From: Candidatus Hydrogenedentota bacterium | Lineage (GTDB): Bacteria > Hydrogenedentota > Hydrogenedentia > Hydrogenedentales > SLHB01 | Assembly (NCBI GenBank): GCA_963674865.2 | Contig: CAXXYE010000009.1 | Span: forward strand, 352,001 to 416,000 | DNA length: 64,000 nucleotides | Direction: 5' to 3' | Shown here: in pieces, positions 40,048-49,259 of the stretch | Layout: each line of letters opens with the position of its first letter | Position numbering within the stretch: position 1 is the stretch's first letter | Translations under genes and position numbers: made by a program | The notes under the pieces: model-generated | Told to the model about the DNA's origin: nothing | The model's input: the letters and a program-made list of their open reading frames with translations, nothing else | The model's database searches: none

Positions 40048-41427
40048 ATGTTAAGCCGTAAGAAAGTACCTCTCGGCAGCATGCGTGTATGGGCCGCCCT
40101 CGTCGCGCTACTGCTGTTGCCCGCCCTCGGCGCTCACGCCGATGAGGCAATGGATGAACTCAAGGCCACTCTAGACACCGTATGGGTGATGGTGGCCGCG
40201 TTTCTCGTATTCTTCATGAACGCAGGATTCGCCCTCGTCGAGTCCGGATTCTGCCGTTCCAAGAACACCGTCAATATCCTGTCCAAGAACTTCATCGTCT
40301 TCGCCATCGCGGCCCTAACGTTTTGGGCCACCGGCTTCGGACTCATGTTCGGCGATGGTAGCCCTCTGATCGGCCTCAAAGGCTTCTTCTTGAAGGGCGG
40401 CGCCGTCTTCTCGAGCCTGGACTGGACCGCCGTGCCGCTCAACGCGAAGTTCTTCTTCCAGCTCGTGTTCGCGGCCACGGCCGCGACCATCGTGTCCGGC
40501 GCCGTGGCGGAGCGGATCAAGTTTCAATCCTACATCCTGTTCTCCGCCCTCCTTGTCGCCGTCATGTATCCCATTTCCGGCCACTGGATATGGGGCGGCG
40601 GATTCCTGGCCGACAAGTTCGGCTTCCATGATTTCGCAGGCTCGACGGTGGTTCACAGCGTCGGCGGCTGGGCCGCGCTCGTAGGCGTGTTGTTCCTCGG
40701 GCCCCGCCTCGGAAAATACAAGTCCGACGGTACCGTCAACGCCATCCCAGGCCATAGCATGGCCTTGGCGACGCTCGGCGGCTTGATCCTGTGGCTCGGC
40801 TGGTTCGGCTTCAATCCCGGCAGTACCATGGAGGCCAGTCCCGACATCGCCCTCGTAAGCGTCACCACGGCCCTCGCGGCTTCGGCAGGCGTCGCCGGCG
40901 CTTGCGCCTACGCCTGGATACGGCTCGGGACCCCCGACCTCAGCATGATCATCAACGGTTCCCTGGCCGGCCTCGTAGCTATCACGGCGCCCTGCTGGGT
41001 CGTCACCCCCTTCGGCAGCATCATCATCGGCCTCATCGCCGGCGTCATTGTTGTCGAGTCCGTCCTCACCTTCGACAAGCTCCACATCGACGACCCCGTC
41101 GGCGCCCTATCCGTCCACCTTGTCAACGGCATCTGGGGCACCTTGGCCGTCGGCCTCTTCGCCGCCCAAACCGATGTCGAAGACGGCATCGTCGGCCTCT
41201 TCTACGGCGGCGGCGTGGGCCAGTTGATCGGCCAGATCATCGGCGTCGTGTGCGTAGGTGTGTTCACCGTCGTCGCATCGGTGGTGTTCTGGAGCATCAC
41301 GAAAGCCATCCTCGGCATGCGCGTTTCGGCGGAAGAGGAATACGTCGGCCTCGACCTCAGCGAGATGGGCCTCGAAGCCTATCCCGAGGACGCCACCACC
41401 CCGGCCTACGTAGCGGCCCAGGGATAA
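40048..41427 (+). CDS. amtB: Ammonium transporter
   Basis: Signal peptide, DFAGSTVVH, WFGFN.GS, DDPVGALSVH twin-His motifs. Confidence 0.96.
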   Translation: MLSRKKVPLGSMRVWAALVALLLLPALGAHADEAMDELKATLDTVWVMVAAFLVFFMNAGFALVESGFCRSKNTVNILSKNFIVFAIAALTFWATGFGLMFGDGSPLIGLKGFFLKGGAVFSSLDWTAVPLNAKFFFQLVFAATAATIVSGAVAERIKFQSYILFSALLVAVMYPISGHWIWGGGFLADKFGFHDFAGSTVVHSVGGWAALVGVLFLGPRLGKYKSDGTVNAIPGHSMALATLGGLILWLGWFGFNPGSTMEASPDIALVSVTTALAASAGVAGACAYAWIRLGTPDLSMIINGSLAGLVAITAPCWVVTPFGSIIIGLIAGVIVVESVLTFDKLHIDDPVGALSVHLVNGIWGTLAVGLFAAQTDVEDGIVGLFYGGGVGQLIGQIIGVVCVGVFTVVASVVFWSITKAILGMRVSAEEEYVGLDLSEMGLEAYPEDATTPAYVAAQG

Positions 41428-41465
41428 TCGCAGCCCACATCAACGCTCCCAAGCGTTCCCATGAT

Positions 41466-41500
41466 GAGCGCCCGGTTCCCCGCCGGGCGCTCGCCCCTTT
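41466..41500 (+). terminator. Hairpin after amtB, probable terminator
   Basis: GAGCGCCCGG-N7-CCGGGCGCTC, weak U-tract. Confidence 0.55.
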
Positions 41501-41592
41501 CTAGGCGCAACACACGGGGCGGCATGCCTCTGCTATAATTGGGTGGGGCCGGCCCGGCCACCGGGCCGCACAGAAAAGCGGGGGATACTGCC

Positions 41593-42156
41593 TTGAAGCG
41601 TTCCGAAATGATTTCGCTTGCCTTCGTAATCGCGGGAATCTACCTCGTCTGCACCACGCTGCGCTATGTGCCCTTTGCCGGCCATGCGCTGGGAGGGGCG
41701 ATAGCCTGGAGACATACGAACGTCTCTAATCTGGCCCATGCAGCGATTACCGGAATCTTGCCCTTGGCTGCGAATGCAGTCGCCGCCTACATAATGATTC
41801 GCCACAGCGATAGGCTCGCGGGGTGGGCCCTCCGCTGGGGGGACGCCCCAGCTCCTGAGACTCCAGCCCCCCGTACGGACCTGACGGCCGCTGCCTTTGC
41901 CGTCGTAGGCGTCGTAATAGCTGCGCTGGCCCTGGCTCAGTTCCCGGGCGTCGCGGTTAGCTGTCTGCTTACCTATCTACTCACAATTGGCCAGGAGGCT
42001 GCCCCGATGATTGCCCAGCGAAGCCTGGATGTATTGGTTCGATTCTCCATGCAATTTGTGCTTGGTGTCGCGTTGTTCTGGAAGGCCCACGCCCTTGCCG
42101 CGTATTGGAGGCGGATTCAGAACACGTCCGGGCCAACCGATACTCCTGCGGCATAG
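41593..42156 (+). CDS. Hypothetical 4-TM membrane protein
   Basis: Hydrophobic ORF with two similar halves; TGnTATAAT at ~41531-41539; start uncertain. Confidence 0.65.
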   Translation: MKRSEMISLAFVIAGIYLVCTTLRYVPFAGHALGGAIAWRHTNVSNLAHAAITGILPLAANAVAAYIMIRHSDRLAGWALRWGDAPAPETPAPRTDLTAAAFAVVGVVIAALALAQFPGVAVSCLLTYLLTIGQEAAPMIAQRSLDVLVRFSMQFVLGVALFWKAHALAAYWRRIQNTSGPTDTPAA

Positions 42157-42205
42157 AAATCCACTGCGCCACTGCGGGAACCTACGCCAGCGTAGGAATG
42201 TCGCG

Positions 42206-42976
42206 TCAGTCGCCCCCTGCCTCCCGCGATAGGCGTTCCAGGTTCCAGAGCTTCGCGTACTTCGTGAACACGCTGAATGCGGCTAATCCGCAGAGCACCG
42301 CCCCGTGGTAGCCGTCCCGGAATCCTTGGCGGATGAAATACATCTTGATAAACCGCGTCATCGGGCGGAAGGTGAGGTCAGTCAACCGGGCGCGTTTACC
42401 GCGATCGAAGAGATCCTGCGCGCCCCAAGCCGTGAAGCGTTGGAACGTCGAGAAGTACTCCTCGAAATCGCGTTTGTCATCGTGGTACATGGGCTCGTCG
42501 ATGCGGCCCGTCGGGCCGTCCACCACCACTTTCGAGTGGACGCGCTTGTCGAGATAGCGCCCCTTCTTCGTCCGGAAAAGCCGCATGTTGTAGTCCCGAT
42601 CCCACCCGCAATGATGGATCTCCTTCCCGAAAAAAATCGAGATACGCCGGACTTCGTAGCCGTCCTTGCTGGCCGGATCGTCCATAACGGCCCGGATCCG
42701 CTCCGCCAGCTCCGGCGACACCCACTCATCCGCATCGAGAACCAGCGTCCAATCACTCTCGATCTGCGGAATCGCCCAGTTACATTGGGCGGCCTTGTTC
42801 ACATACTCGTGCGCCACGACATGACGCGAGTGGCGCCGCGCGACTTCATCCGACCCGTCCGTGGCTTTGGGATCGACAATACAGAAGAGGTCATCCGCCC
42901 ACGCCACGCTTTCCAGACACCGCGCCATGCGATCGCCCGCGTTCGGCACGAGCGTTAATACCGTTAATGTGCTCAA
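42206..42976 (-). CDS. Glycosyltransferase family 2 (WaaE/KdtX-like)
   Basis: CLESVAWAD, WTLVLDADE, RLF, VH, GFRDGYHG, KYAKL; TTG start with RBS. Confidence 0.9.
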   Translation of the reverse strand: MSTLTVLTLVPNAGDRMARCLESVAWADDLFCIVDPKATDGSDEVARRHSRHVVAHEYVNKAAQCNWAIPQIESDWTLVLDADEWVSPELAERIRAVMDDPASKDGYEVRRISIFFGKEIHHCGWDRDYNMRLFRTKKGRYLDKRVHSKVVVDGPTGRIDEPMYHDDKRDFEEYFSTFQRFTAWGAQDLFDRGKRARLTDLTFRPMTRFIKMYFIRQGFRDGYHGAVLCGLAAFSVFTKYAKLWNLERLSREAGGD

Positions 42977-43109
42977 AGGCCGCCCTTTCTCTATACAGCG
43001 CTGGCGGCTATTGTAGTCGATTGCCTCGCAGCCCCCCAAGCGCGCCGCATCAACGTTCTGCTACAATGATCTTCCGTTTGCCCTGAATACTTCACAAAGG
43101 AGTTATTTC

Positions 43110-44063
43110 ATGCGCGCGATGATTGCTCTGACAACGTGCCTCTTGTTGAGTTTGGCGGGCTACGCGGCGGAGTTTGCGTTCGTCGAGCGGCCCGGAGAGA
43201 GCCTCGATATCCAATGCGATGGAAAGACCTGGCTCAGCACGCAGGTGAAGCCTTTCGACGCCGCCCAAGCGGAAGAGACGTACAAGGTGTTCACTCACAT
43301 CTACGACTCAGCTGGGGAAACGCCGATTACCAAGGGCGTGGGAGGCAAGTACACCCATCACCGCGGACTTTTCATCGGCTGGAAAGACACCTTGGTGCCC
43401 TCCGCCGAAGAAGGCGCCGAGCCCATCGACTATGACACGTGGCACATGAAGAACTGCTACCAGCAACATGTGAAGTGGCTTTCCCGGGAAGCCGGCGCCG
43501 ACAGCGCGTCACAGTCCGAGGAAGTCGTCTGGTGCGATCTCGAGGGCAAGCCGTTCATCAAGGAAGTCCGCGCCATCACGGTACGGCCCGGTGAAGACGG
43601 CCTGCGGATCATCGACTTCCAGTCGACGTTGATCTCCGTGGCCGGCCATATCCAACTACGCGGGGATCTCCAGCACGCCGGGATGCAGGTGCGCATGGCC
43701 AACGAAGTGTCCGAGCGTCAGGACACCACTCAATACATCCTCCCCGAAGGCGCCGAAGAACTCGAAAACGACAAAGTGGTCGGGGCATGGTGGGCCTGCT
43801 GTAGCTGCGAGGTTGGGGGAAAGCGGTATTGGCTCGTTCACATGACGCCGAGGGATCATCCGTTTGGCGAGCCCGTGTACTCGATCCGGCGCTACGCGCG
43901 GTTCGGCGCGTTCTTCGAACCGGACCTCGACGAAGGGAAGCCGCTGACCCTGCGATTCCGCGTGGTGGTATCCGAGCGCGAACTTGCCCGGGAAGCCGCT
44001 CAAAACCTGTTCGACGCATATAGTGCGCCGTCGTCCGAGTCCGAAGTCCCTTCCCAGCCGTGA
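43110..44063 (+). CDS. Secreted protein, PmoA-like/DUF6807-type
   Basis: Signal peptide, HHRGLF motif, terminal L.LRFRVVV; AAGGAG RBS. Confidence 0.65.
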   Translation: MRAMIALTTCLLLSLAGYAAEFAFVERPGESLDIQCDGKTWLSTQVKPFDAAQAEETYKVFTHIYDSAGETPITKGVGGKYTHHRGLFIGWKDTLVPSAEEGAEPIDYDTWHMKNCYQQHVKWLSREAGADSASQSEEVVWCDLEGKPFIKEVRAITVRPGEDGLRIIDFQSTLISVAGHIQLRGDLQHAGMQVRMANEVSERQDTTQYILPEGAEELENDKVVGAWWACCSCEVGGKRYWLVHMTPRDHPFGEPVYSIRRYARFGAFFEPDLDEGKPLTLRFRVVVSERELAREAAQNLFDAYSAPSSESEVPSQP

Positions 44064-44089
44064 CGCAAGTGCCGGTTGCGCGCGCAACA

Positions 44090-44131
44090 ATCGCCGGATA
44101 ACTCGACGGTGCCGCGCACACGGCGCTTGGA
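44090..44131. repeat. Dispersed intergenic repeat, copy 2
   Basis: Overlapping matches to 16389-16420 (30/32) and 58717-58745 (27/29). Confidence 0.75.
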
Positions 44132-44310
44132 TATGACGACGTCCTCTGAAAGCGGCTCACCAGATGGGTGAAGCCGGCCATTGCGACAGGCCTTTGTTTC
44201 CAATGACTTGCAGCGCGGCACAATGGGCAACCCGGCCGCCGGGCGTGCCTTCCGGTTGAGCCGTTCGGACTGCAAACGGTACAATGCGCGTATGAGTGGA
44301 GTACGGATGA

Positions 44311-44889
44311 ATGTGCGATAAAGGCTACGTCAACTACTTCGAGATCCTCGGCCTCGACGAGCATGCCAAGCCCGGCGACGTCCGCAAGACGTACCGCCGG
44401 AGAATGAAGGAACTCGTCGGGGAAATCGCGCGCGTCGAGATCACCGAAGAGCGCCGCGCCCATTATCTCCTCGAAATGGCCAAGTTCAACGCCGCGCTCT
44501 ATGTTCTCCGCGACACGCCCATCCGCGAGGCCTACTGGGAGGCCCGGCAGGAAGTCATCGACCTCGAGCGCCAATGGCGCGAATCCGAAGCCTCCGACGA
44601 GGCCGCGGCCCCAAAGCTCCGCCGGACGTTTGATCGAAAAGTGCGTGATTTCCTCTCGAAGTACGTGGAAGAGTTGATGCTGGACGCAGGCCGCGACAAA
44701 GAGTGTGTCGACGCGAGCCATTGGGACGTCGCCCACGAGCGCCATGCCTTCCGCATTCTCCGCCACTACCGCCACCGGCTATACAAAGAGATTCTCGAAC
44801 GCTTGCCCCTCGCGGATGTCACCCCGCTGCAAGTGGACTGGGACAAACGCGCGCGTGTCGTGCGCCAAGTCATCGCGGGGAGCGGATAA
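44311..44889 (+). CDS. J-domain-like protein lacking HPD
   Basis: NYFEILGL...DVRKTYRR...FNAALYVLRD..IREAY DnaJ helix pattern. Confidence 0.75.
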   Translation: MCDKGYVNYFEILGLDEHAKPGDVRKTYRRRMKELVGEIARVEITEERRAHYLLEMAKFNAALYVLRDTPIREAYWEARQEVIDLERQWRESEASDEAAAPKLRRTFDRKVRDFLSKYVEELMLDAGRDKECVDASHWDVAHERHAFRILRHYRHRLYKEILERLPLADVTPLQVDWDKRARVVRQVIAGSG

Positions 44890-44892
44890 CAC

Positions 44893-46029
44893 GTGCCACG
44901 AAAAACACGAGACGCCGCGGAAGTCAAGACAGTCGATCCGGAGCTGACGGCCAAAGCCATCGCCAAAGCCGTTTGCGACGGCGACATCGTTAACCTCCGC
45001 TTCCTGTTTCACACCTTCTCTCCCGCGCGGGCCGATTCGCCGGAGCGCTTCGAGACCGATAAGTACGCCTACCTTCTGCCCACGGCCAGAGAGGAAGGAA
45101 CGCTGCCGTTCAAAGAGAGCCTGCAACGCGTCAAGGAGCCCGACGTCTGGGGCCATTGCCAACACGAGCTTGAGGCGTCCCACTCCCCACAGCTTCATGC
45201 CGACCTGCTCCTGCTTCTGGCCGACAACGCGCTCCAGGCCGGGAGATACGCCAGCGCCGCTCAGGCCTACGAGTTGCTCCGCATCCGTGAGCGCATGCAA
45301 GACGAACTCCTCCGGCAGGCGGACGAGGCGTTCGACGGCGGCAACGTGGCCCACGGCGTTCGGGGATACATGATCGCCTCACGGCTCGCCTACGACTATG
45401 CCGCCTTCCCCGAGCCGCTGCCGGCCTTGGCGGACTACCAGAAACGCGCGCTGATGCTCCATGGCGACTACCCGGCTCAGCTTTCGGACTGCCTCGCCAT
45501 GAAAGAAGACGATGCATTTCTCGACGCCGCGCTCTCCTATCTCGTGCTCGATCCCGATGTGGCCGCAAGACTGAAGCAACGCCCCCTCGAGCAGCGCATC
45601 GCCTTCCTCAAGCGCCTCGTCCGCGAAGAGGATCCTGCTTGGGATGAATTCGTCGAGGCCTACGTCGAGGCGTGCCGAGTGACCTCCGACCTCGGAGAAC
45701 GCTGGCGCCCCGGAGATCGCGGATCCGGCGGTACCGGCACGGACCTGGCAAAGGAGATCGCCGGGCAGCTCGCCGACGATCCCATGCGGATTCCGGCGTT
45801 CCTCGTCGGAAGAACGATAGAAGACGGCGAGTGGTGGCAGTACCTCAAGGAACTCGCGTACATGCATCCTGCGGGCGCCCTCTTCGTGGTTCGGCAACTC
45901 GTCGGCGACCGCGAAATCCTCCTGCCGTGCCATAAGCCTGACTCCCCCGTCGCCAAGGAACTTGGCCTCACAAAGGCCCCCGATCCCTTCGCCTGGGCAG
46001 CGGAAGACTCCGGTGCCGGCGGAGACTGA
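44893..46029 (+). CDS. Hypothetical helical protein
   Basis: 378-aa ORF starting 3 nt after the J-like gene, host-like codon usage; no recognised family. Confidence 0.8.
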   Translation: MPRKTRDAAEVKTVDPELTAKAIAKAVCDGDIVNLRFLFHTFSPARADSPERFETDKYAYLLPTAREEGTLPFKESLQRVKEPDVWGHCQHELEASHSPQLHADLLLLLADNALQAGRYASAAQAYELLRIRERMQDELLRQADEAFDGGNVAHGVRGYMIASRLAYDYAAFPEPLPALADYQKRALMLHGDYPAQLSDCLAMKEDDAFLDAALSYLVLDPDVAARLKQRPLEQRIAFLKRLVREEDPAWDEFVEAYVEACRVTSDLGERWRPGDRGSGGTGTDLAKEIAGQLADDPMRIPAFLVGRTIEDGEWWQYLKELAYMHPAGALFVVRQLVGDREILLPCHKPDSPVAKELGLTKAPDPFAWAAEDSGAGGD

Positions 46030-46074
46030 CTCCGTGACAACAGAAGCAGTTTGCAGTTAGGATAATTCTTCCCT

Positions 46075-46710
46075 ATGGGGCTTTTATTGGATCTGCACGT
46101 TCATACCAAACGCCATTCAGCCTGTAGCCAGATCGAGCCGCAGGCGCTCATCGCCCAAGCCGTCAAGAAGGGCCTCGACGGACTCGTCATCACGGAACAC
46201 CACTACCAGTGGACGGAGGAAGAACTCGCCGATCTGCGCGATCGGAGCGATGCCCCCGGCTTTCTCCTCCTCGCCGGATTCGAATGCAGCTCTTCCCAAG
46301 GCGACATCCTCATCTACGGCTTGGAACCGGCCCAAGCCGCGCAGTTTCAGCCCGGCGCACCCCCCGCGGACATCGTCGCCATGGCGTGCGGCATGAACGG
46401 CGTTTGTGTCGGCGCCCATCCCACGAGGGCCGGCATGGGCTTCGATGAACACATTCACGAGCTCTCCCTCGATGCCATCGAGGTGTTAAGCGTCAACATG
46501 CGCGAGCACGAGCAGCGCCTCGCCATGTCACTGGCCCGGGCGTCCGGCCTGCGGCCGCTCGCCGCCAGCGATGCACACCGGATCAACGATGTCGGGCGCT
46601 ACGTCAGCGAATTCGACGACGTCGTAAGATCAACAGCGGATTTGCAGGCGGCGCTTAGGCGTGGTAGATTCCGTCCGGTGGACAATGGCAGACACAGGGC
46701 CGGCCAATGA
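46075..46710 (+). CDS. PHP-domain phosphoesterase
   Basis: DLHVHT, ITEH, AHP, SDAH. Confidence 0.88.
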   Translation: MGLLLDLHVHTKRHSACSQIEPQALIAQAVKKGLDGLVITEHHYQWTEEELADLRDRSDAPGFLLLAGFECSSSQGDILIYGLEPAQAAQFQPGAPPADIVAMACGMNGVCVGAHPTRAGMGFDEHIHELSLDAIEVLSVNMREHEQRLAMSLARASGLRPLAASDAHRINDVGRYVSEFDDVVRSTADLQAALRRGRFRPVDNGRHRAGQ

Positions 46711-47372
46711 GCGAAGAGGTCAAAGAAGCACCCGCCGAACAACCGGCGCAGGTGGCTCAAGAGGCTAGGCGCGAGGTTATCGAGTTTGTTAAGCTCGTGT
46801 TCTGGTTTCTCGTACTTTTCTTTGCCCTGAAAACCTACGTCATCGAGGGATACGAGGTACAGGGGCCATCCATGGAACCGGCCCTCTACGACGAACAGCG
46901 CATCCTCGTGTTCAAGCTGCCGCACCTCCTCAGCCGGTTTTCCCCTTTCTCCGGACTCGAGCCCATTAGGCCGGGGGATATCATCGTCTTCAAGAGTCCC
47001 GACGAACCTTCCAAACGCTACGTCAAACGCGTCATTGCCAAGGGCCCGCCACCCCGAAAAGGGGCGGCCGCGGCCGCGCGCAAAGGGGAGGGAGGCTACC
47101 CACCGGGGCAGACGGCAACCGTTAGCATCGACCGCGGCGAGATCTACGTCAACAACCGCCGTATCCCACCCACCAAGATCCTCGGCGGCAGTAGTTGGGA
47201 GCACGAAACCTGCGGCGAGGTCGTTCTTGGCCCGGGCGATTATTTCGTCCTCGGTGACAACCGTGCCATCAGCAAGGACAGCCGCAACTTCGGCGTGGTG
47301 CATTCCGACCAGATCATCGGAAAAGCCGTCGTGCGGTTCTGGCCGCTGGCCGACTCCAGCCTGCTGGAATGA
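46707..47372 (+). CDS. lepB: Signal peptidase I
   Basis: TM, GPSMEP (Ser), YVKRV (Lys), GDNR..S.DSR. Confidence 0.94.
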   Translation: MSEEVKEAPAEQPAQVAQEARREVIEFVKLVFWFLVLFFALKTYVIEGYEVQGPSMEPALYDEQRILVFKLPHLLSRFSPFSGLEPIRPGDIIVFKSPDEPSKRYVKRVIAKGPPPRKGAAAAARKGEGGYPPGQTATVSIDRGEIYVNNRRIPPTKILGGSSWEHETCGEVVLGPGDYFVLGDNRAISKDSRNFGVVHSDQIIGKAVVRFWPLADSSLLE

Positions 47373-48166
47373 AGACACTCTTCTTCTCTGACGCCCATCT
47401 TGATGCCAATGCCGGTATGGAAGGAAGGACCGGGCAGTTCATTCGTTTCCTGAGGCGGATTGACCCCACCCAAACCGAGCGGATCGTGTTGCTAGGCGAT
47501 CTATTCGATTTCTGGTTCGAATACAAACATGTGATCTTCTCAGGCTACTTCGACGTCTTGCGCGCCTTCGCCGATCTCCGCGACGCCGGCGTCGAGATGC
47601 ACTTCGTTTGCGGCAATCACGACTTCTGGGCGGGGAGATTCCTATCCGATAACCTCGACTTCATCATCCACAAAGACGCCGCCGTACTCGATCTTGCGGG
47701 GAAACGCGTTCTCATGGTGCACGGCGACGGAGTCAACAAGAGCGACTGGGGATATCGCGTCTACAAGCGGTTTGCCCGCGCCCGGCCGATTGTGTGGCTT
47801 TTCAGCCTCCTGCACCCGGACTGGGCCATGGCCATCGCCCGCGCCGTCTCACACGGTAGCCGCAGCCTCTCCCAGGTTGATGATATTGCCGCCGGCTCGG
47901 AGGCGCGCGCCCTGCGTGAGTTCGCCCGCGAACAACTCGCCTCGGGCGGCGTGGACGTAGTTATCTGCGGCCATTCCCATCATCCCGTGTGCGAAGAACA
48001 TCCCACGCCCGATGGCGCCGGGCTTTACCTCAACACGGGAGATTGGCTCTTGCATCAGTCCTATGTCGTGTGGGACGGCCAGAGCTTTCGGATCGAGCTA
48101 TTTCCCGATCAATCCCCGCACGAAATAGCCCGCGGCGAATCCGGCCCCGGCGGCGACGAGAAGTAG
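47369..48166 (+). CDS. lpxH: UDP-2,3-diacylglucosamine hydrolase
   Basis: SDAHL, GDLFDFWFEY, GNHD, HGD, GHSH, NTGDW. Confidence 0.85.
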   Translation: MKTLFFSDAHLDANAGMEGRTGQFIRFLRRIDPTQTERIVLLGDLFDFWFEYKHVIFSGYFDVLRAFADLRDAGVEMHFVCGNHDFWAGRFLSDNLDFIIHKDAAVLDLAGKRVLMVHGDGVNKSDWGYRVYKRFARARPIVWLFSLLHPDWAMAIARAVSHGSRSLSQVDDIAAGSEARALREFAREQLASGGVDVVICGHSHHPVCEEHPTPDGAGLYLNTGDWLLHQSYVVWDGQSFRIELFPDQSPHEIARGESGPGGDEK

Positions 48167-49018
48167 GAAGAGCCACATCAGCGTGTGCGCGCTCTTGCGG
48201 AAGAAGCGTCTGGCGCGCATGAAGGCCAGCCGGAACGGATTCGGGCTGATAGTGACAACGATCACCGTGATGTTGTCCTTGCCCCCGTTATCATTGGCCC
48301 GCTCGACAAGCCGGTGGGCGATATCCGCCGCCGATCCGCCTTGCGCAAACAGCTCCCGGATCTCCGCATCCTTCACCATATTCACCAGGCCGTCCGAGCA
48401 CATAAGGAGCTTGTCGCCCGGCGCCGCATGCCAGCGGTATTTGTCGACCGGCACCTGAGGGTGCGTGCCCACGCTGCGAGTGACGATATTGCGCCGCCCG
48501 TCCGACTCGGCTTCGGCCTTCGACATCATGCCCAGCCGGACCTGCTCATCCACCCACGAATGATCCTCCGTCTTGGCGATCATTTCTCCATCACGGAGGT
48601 GATAGCAGCGGGAATCCCCCACGTTTCCCACGTAGACCGCCTCCGGCGTCACCACCGCGGCCAGCAGCGTGGTGCCCATCGGGCGGCCGTTCTTGATCAA
48701 ATCCTGATTCGTCTTGTAGATGTTCTCGTTCGCCAGCGTGATGAACTGCTCGACCACCGTGAGAGGCCCCATGTCCTCTCCGGGATTCTCTCCCGGCGGA
48801 GGCGGAGGCTCCTTCAAGGCGTCCTTGACGACGGACACCGCCAACTTGCTGGCAATATCACCTGCCGTGTGCCCGCCCAGCCCGTCCGCAACACACAGCA
48901 AAGCCCCCTCTCTGAAAAGGGTCAGCCCGGGCGTGTTCTCGCGGAAGACACCGTAAAAATCTTCGTTGCTTTTCTTCCGCCGCCCGATATCCGTCTGTGC
49001 CGCAATATCAAGTCGCAT
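48098..49018 (-). CDS. Stp1/PrpC-type PP2C Ser/Thr phosphatase with C-terminal TM
   Basis: GRR..NED, VADGLGGH, MGTT, NVGDSR, TEDHS, CSDGL, GGKDNIT. Confidence 0.92.
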   Translation of the reverse strand: MRLDIAAQTDIGRRKKSNEDFYGVFRENTPGLTLFREGALLCVADGLGGHTAGDIASKLAVSVVKDALKEPPPPPGENPGEDMGPLTVVEQFITLANENIYKTNQDLIKNGRPMGTTLLAAVVTPEAVYVGNVGDSRCYHLRDGEMIAKTEDHSWVDEQVRLGMMSKAEAESDGRRNIVTRSVGTHPQVPVDKYRWHAAPGDKLLMCSDGLVNMVKDAEIRELFAQGGSAADIAHRLVERANDNGGKDNITVIVVTISPNPFRLAFMRARRFFRKSAHTLMWLFLLLVAAGAGFAAGYFVRGLIGK

Positions 49019-49189
49019 AGGTGGCCCCCGCCTTCTACATATTACATACCAGACCCCCCCAGTCGGGCGCAACCTGCAAGTTCCGTCATCCACCGGAGCG
49101 CGAGCACTGCCCCCCGCCTTTTCTTCCAAAGCCAGGTAAATAATCGTTTACGCGGCGCGCCGAGACGGCGAAGGCCTATCTTGGACAAG

Positions 49190-49218
49190 TTGACAGCTTC
49201 CCTCAGCCCGGATAGAAT
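49190..49218 (+). promoter_or_regulatory. sigma-70 promoter
   Basis: TTGACA, 17 nt, TAGAAT. Confidence 0.8.
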
Positions 49219-49259
49219 GCCTCGCGAGCAGAAGGGGGTCGCCGGAGCGCGTTGCCGGG

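Noticed and set aside
43110..44063. Methane monooxygenase
   Set aside because: The PmoA-like family name is misleading; this is a soluble secreted protein with no pmoCB neighbours
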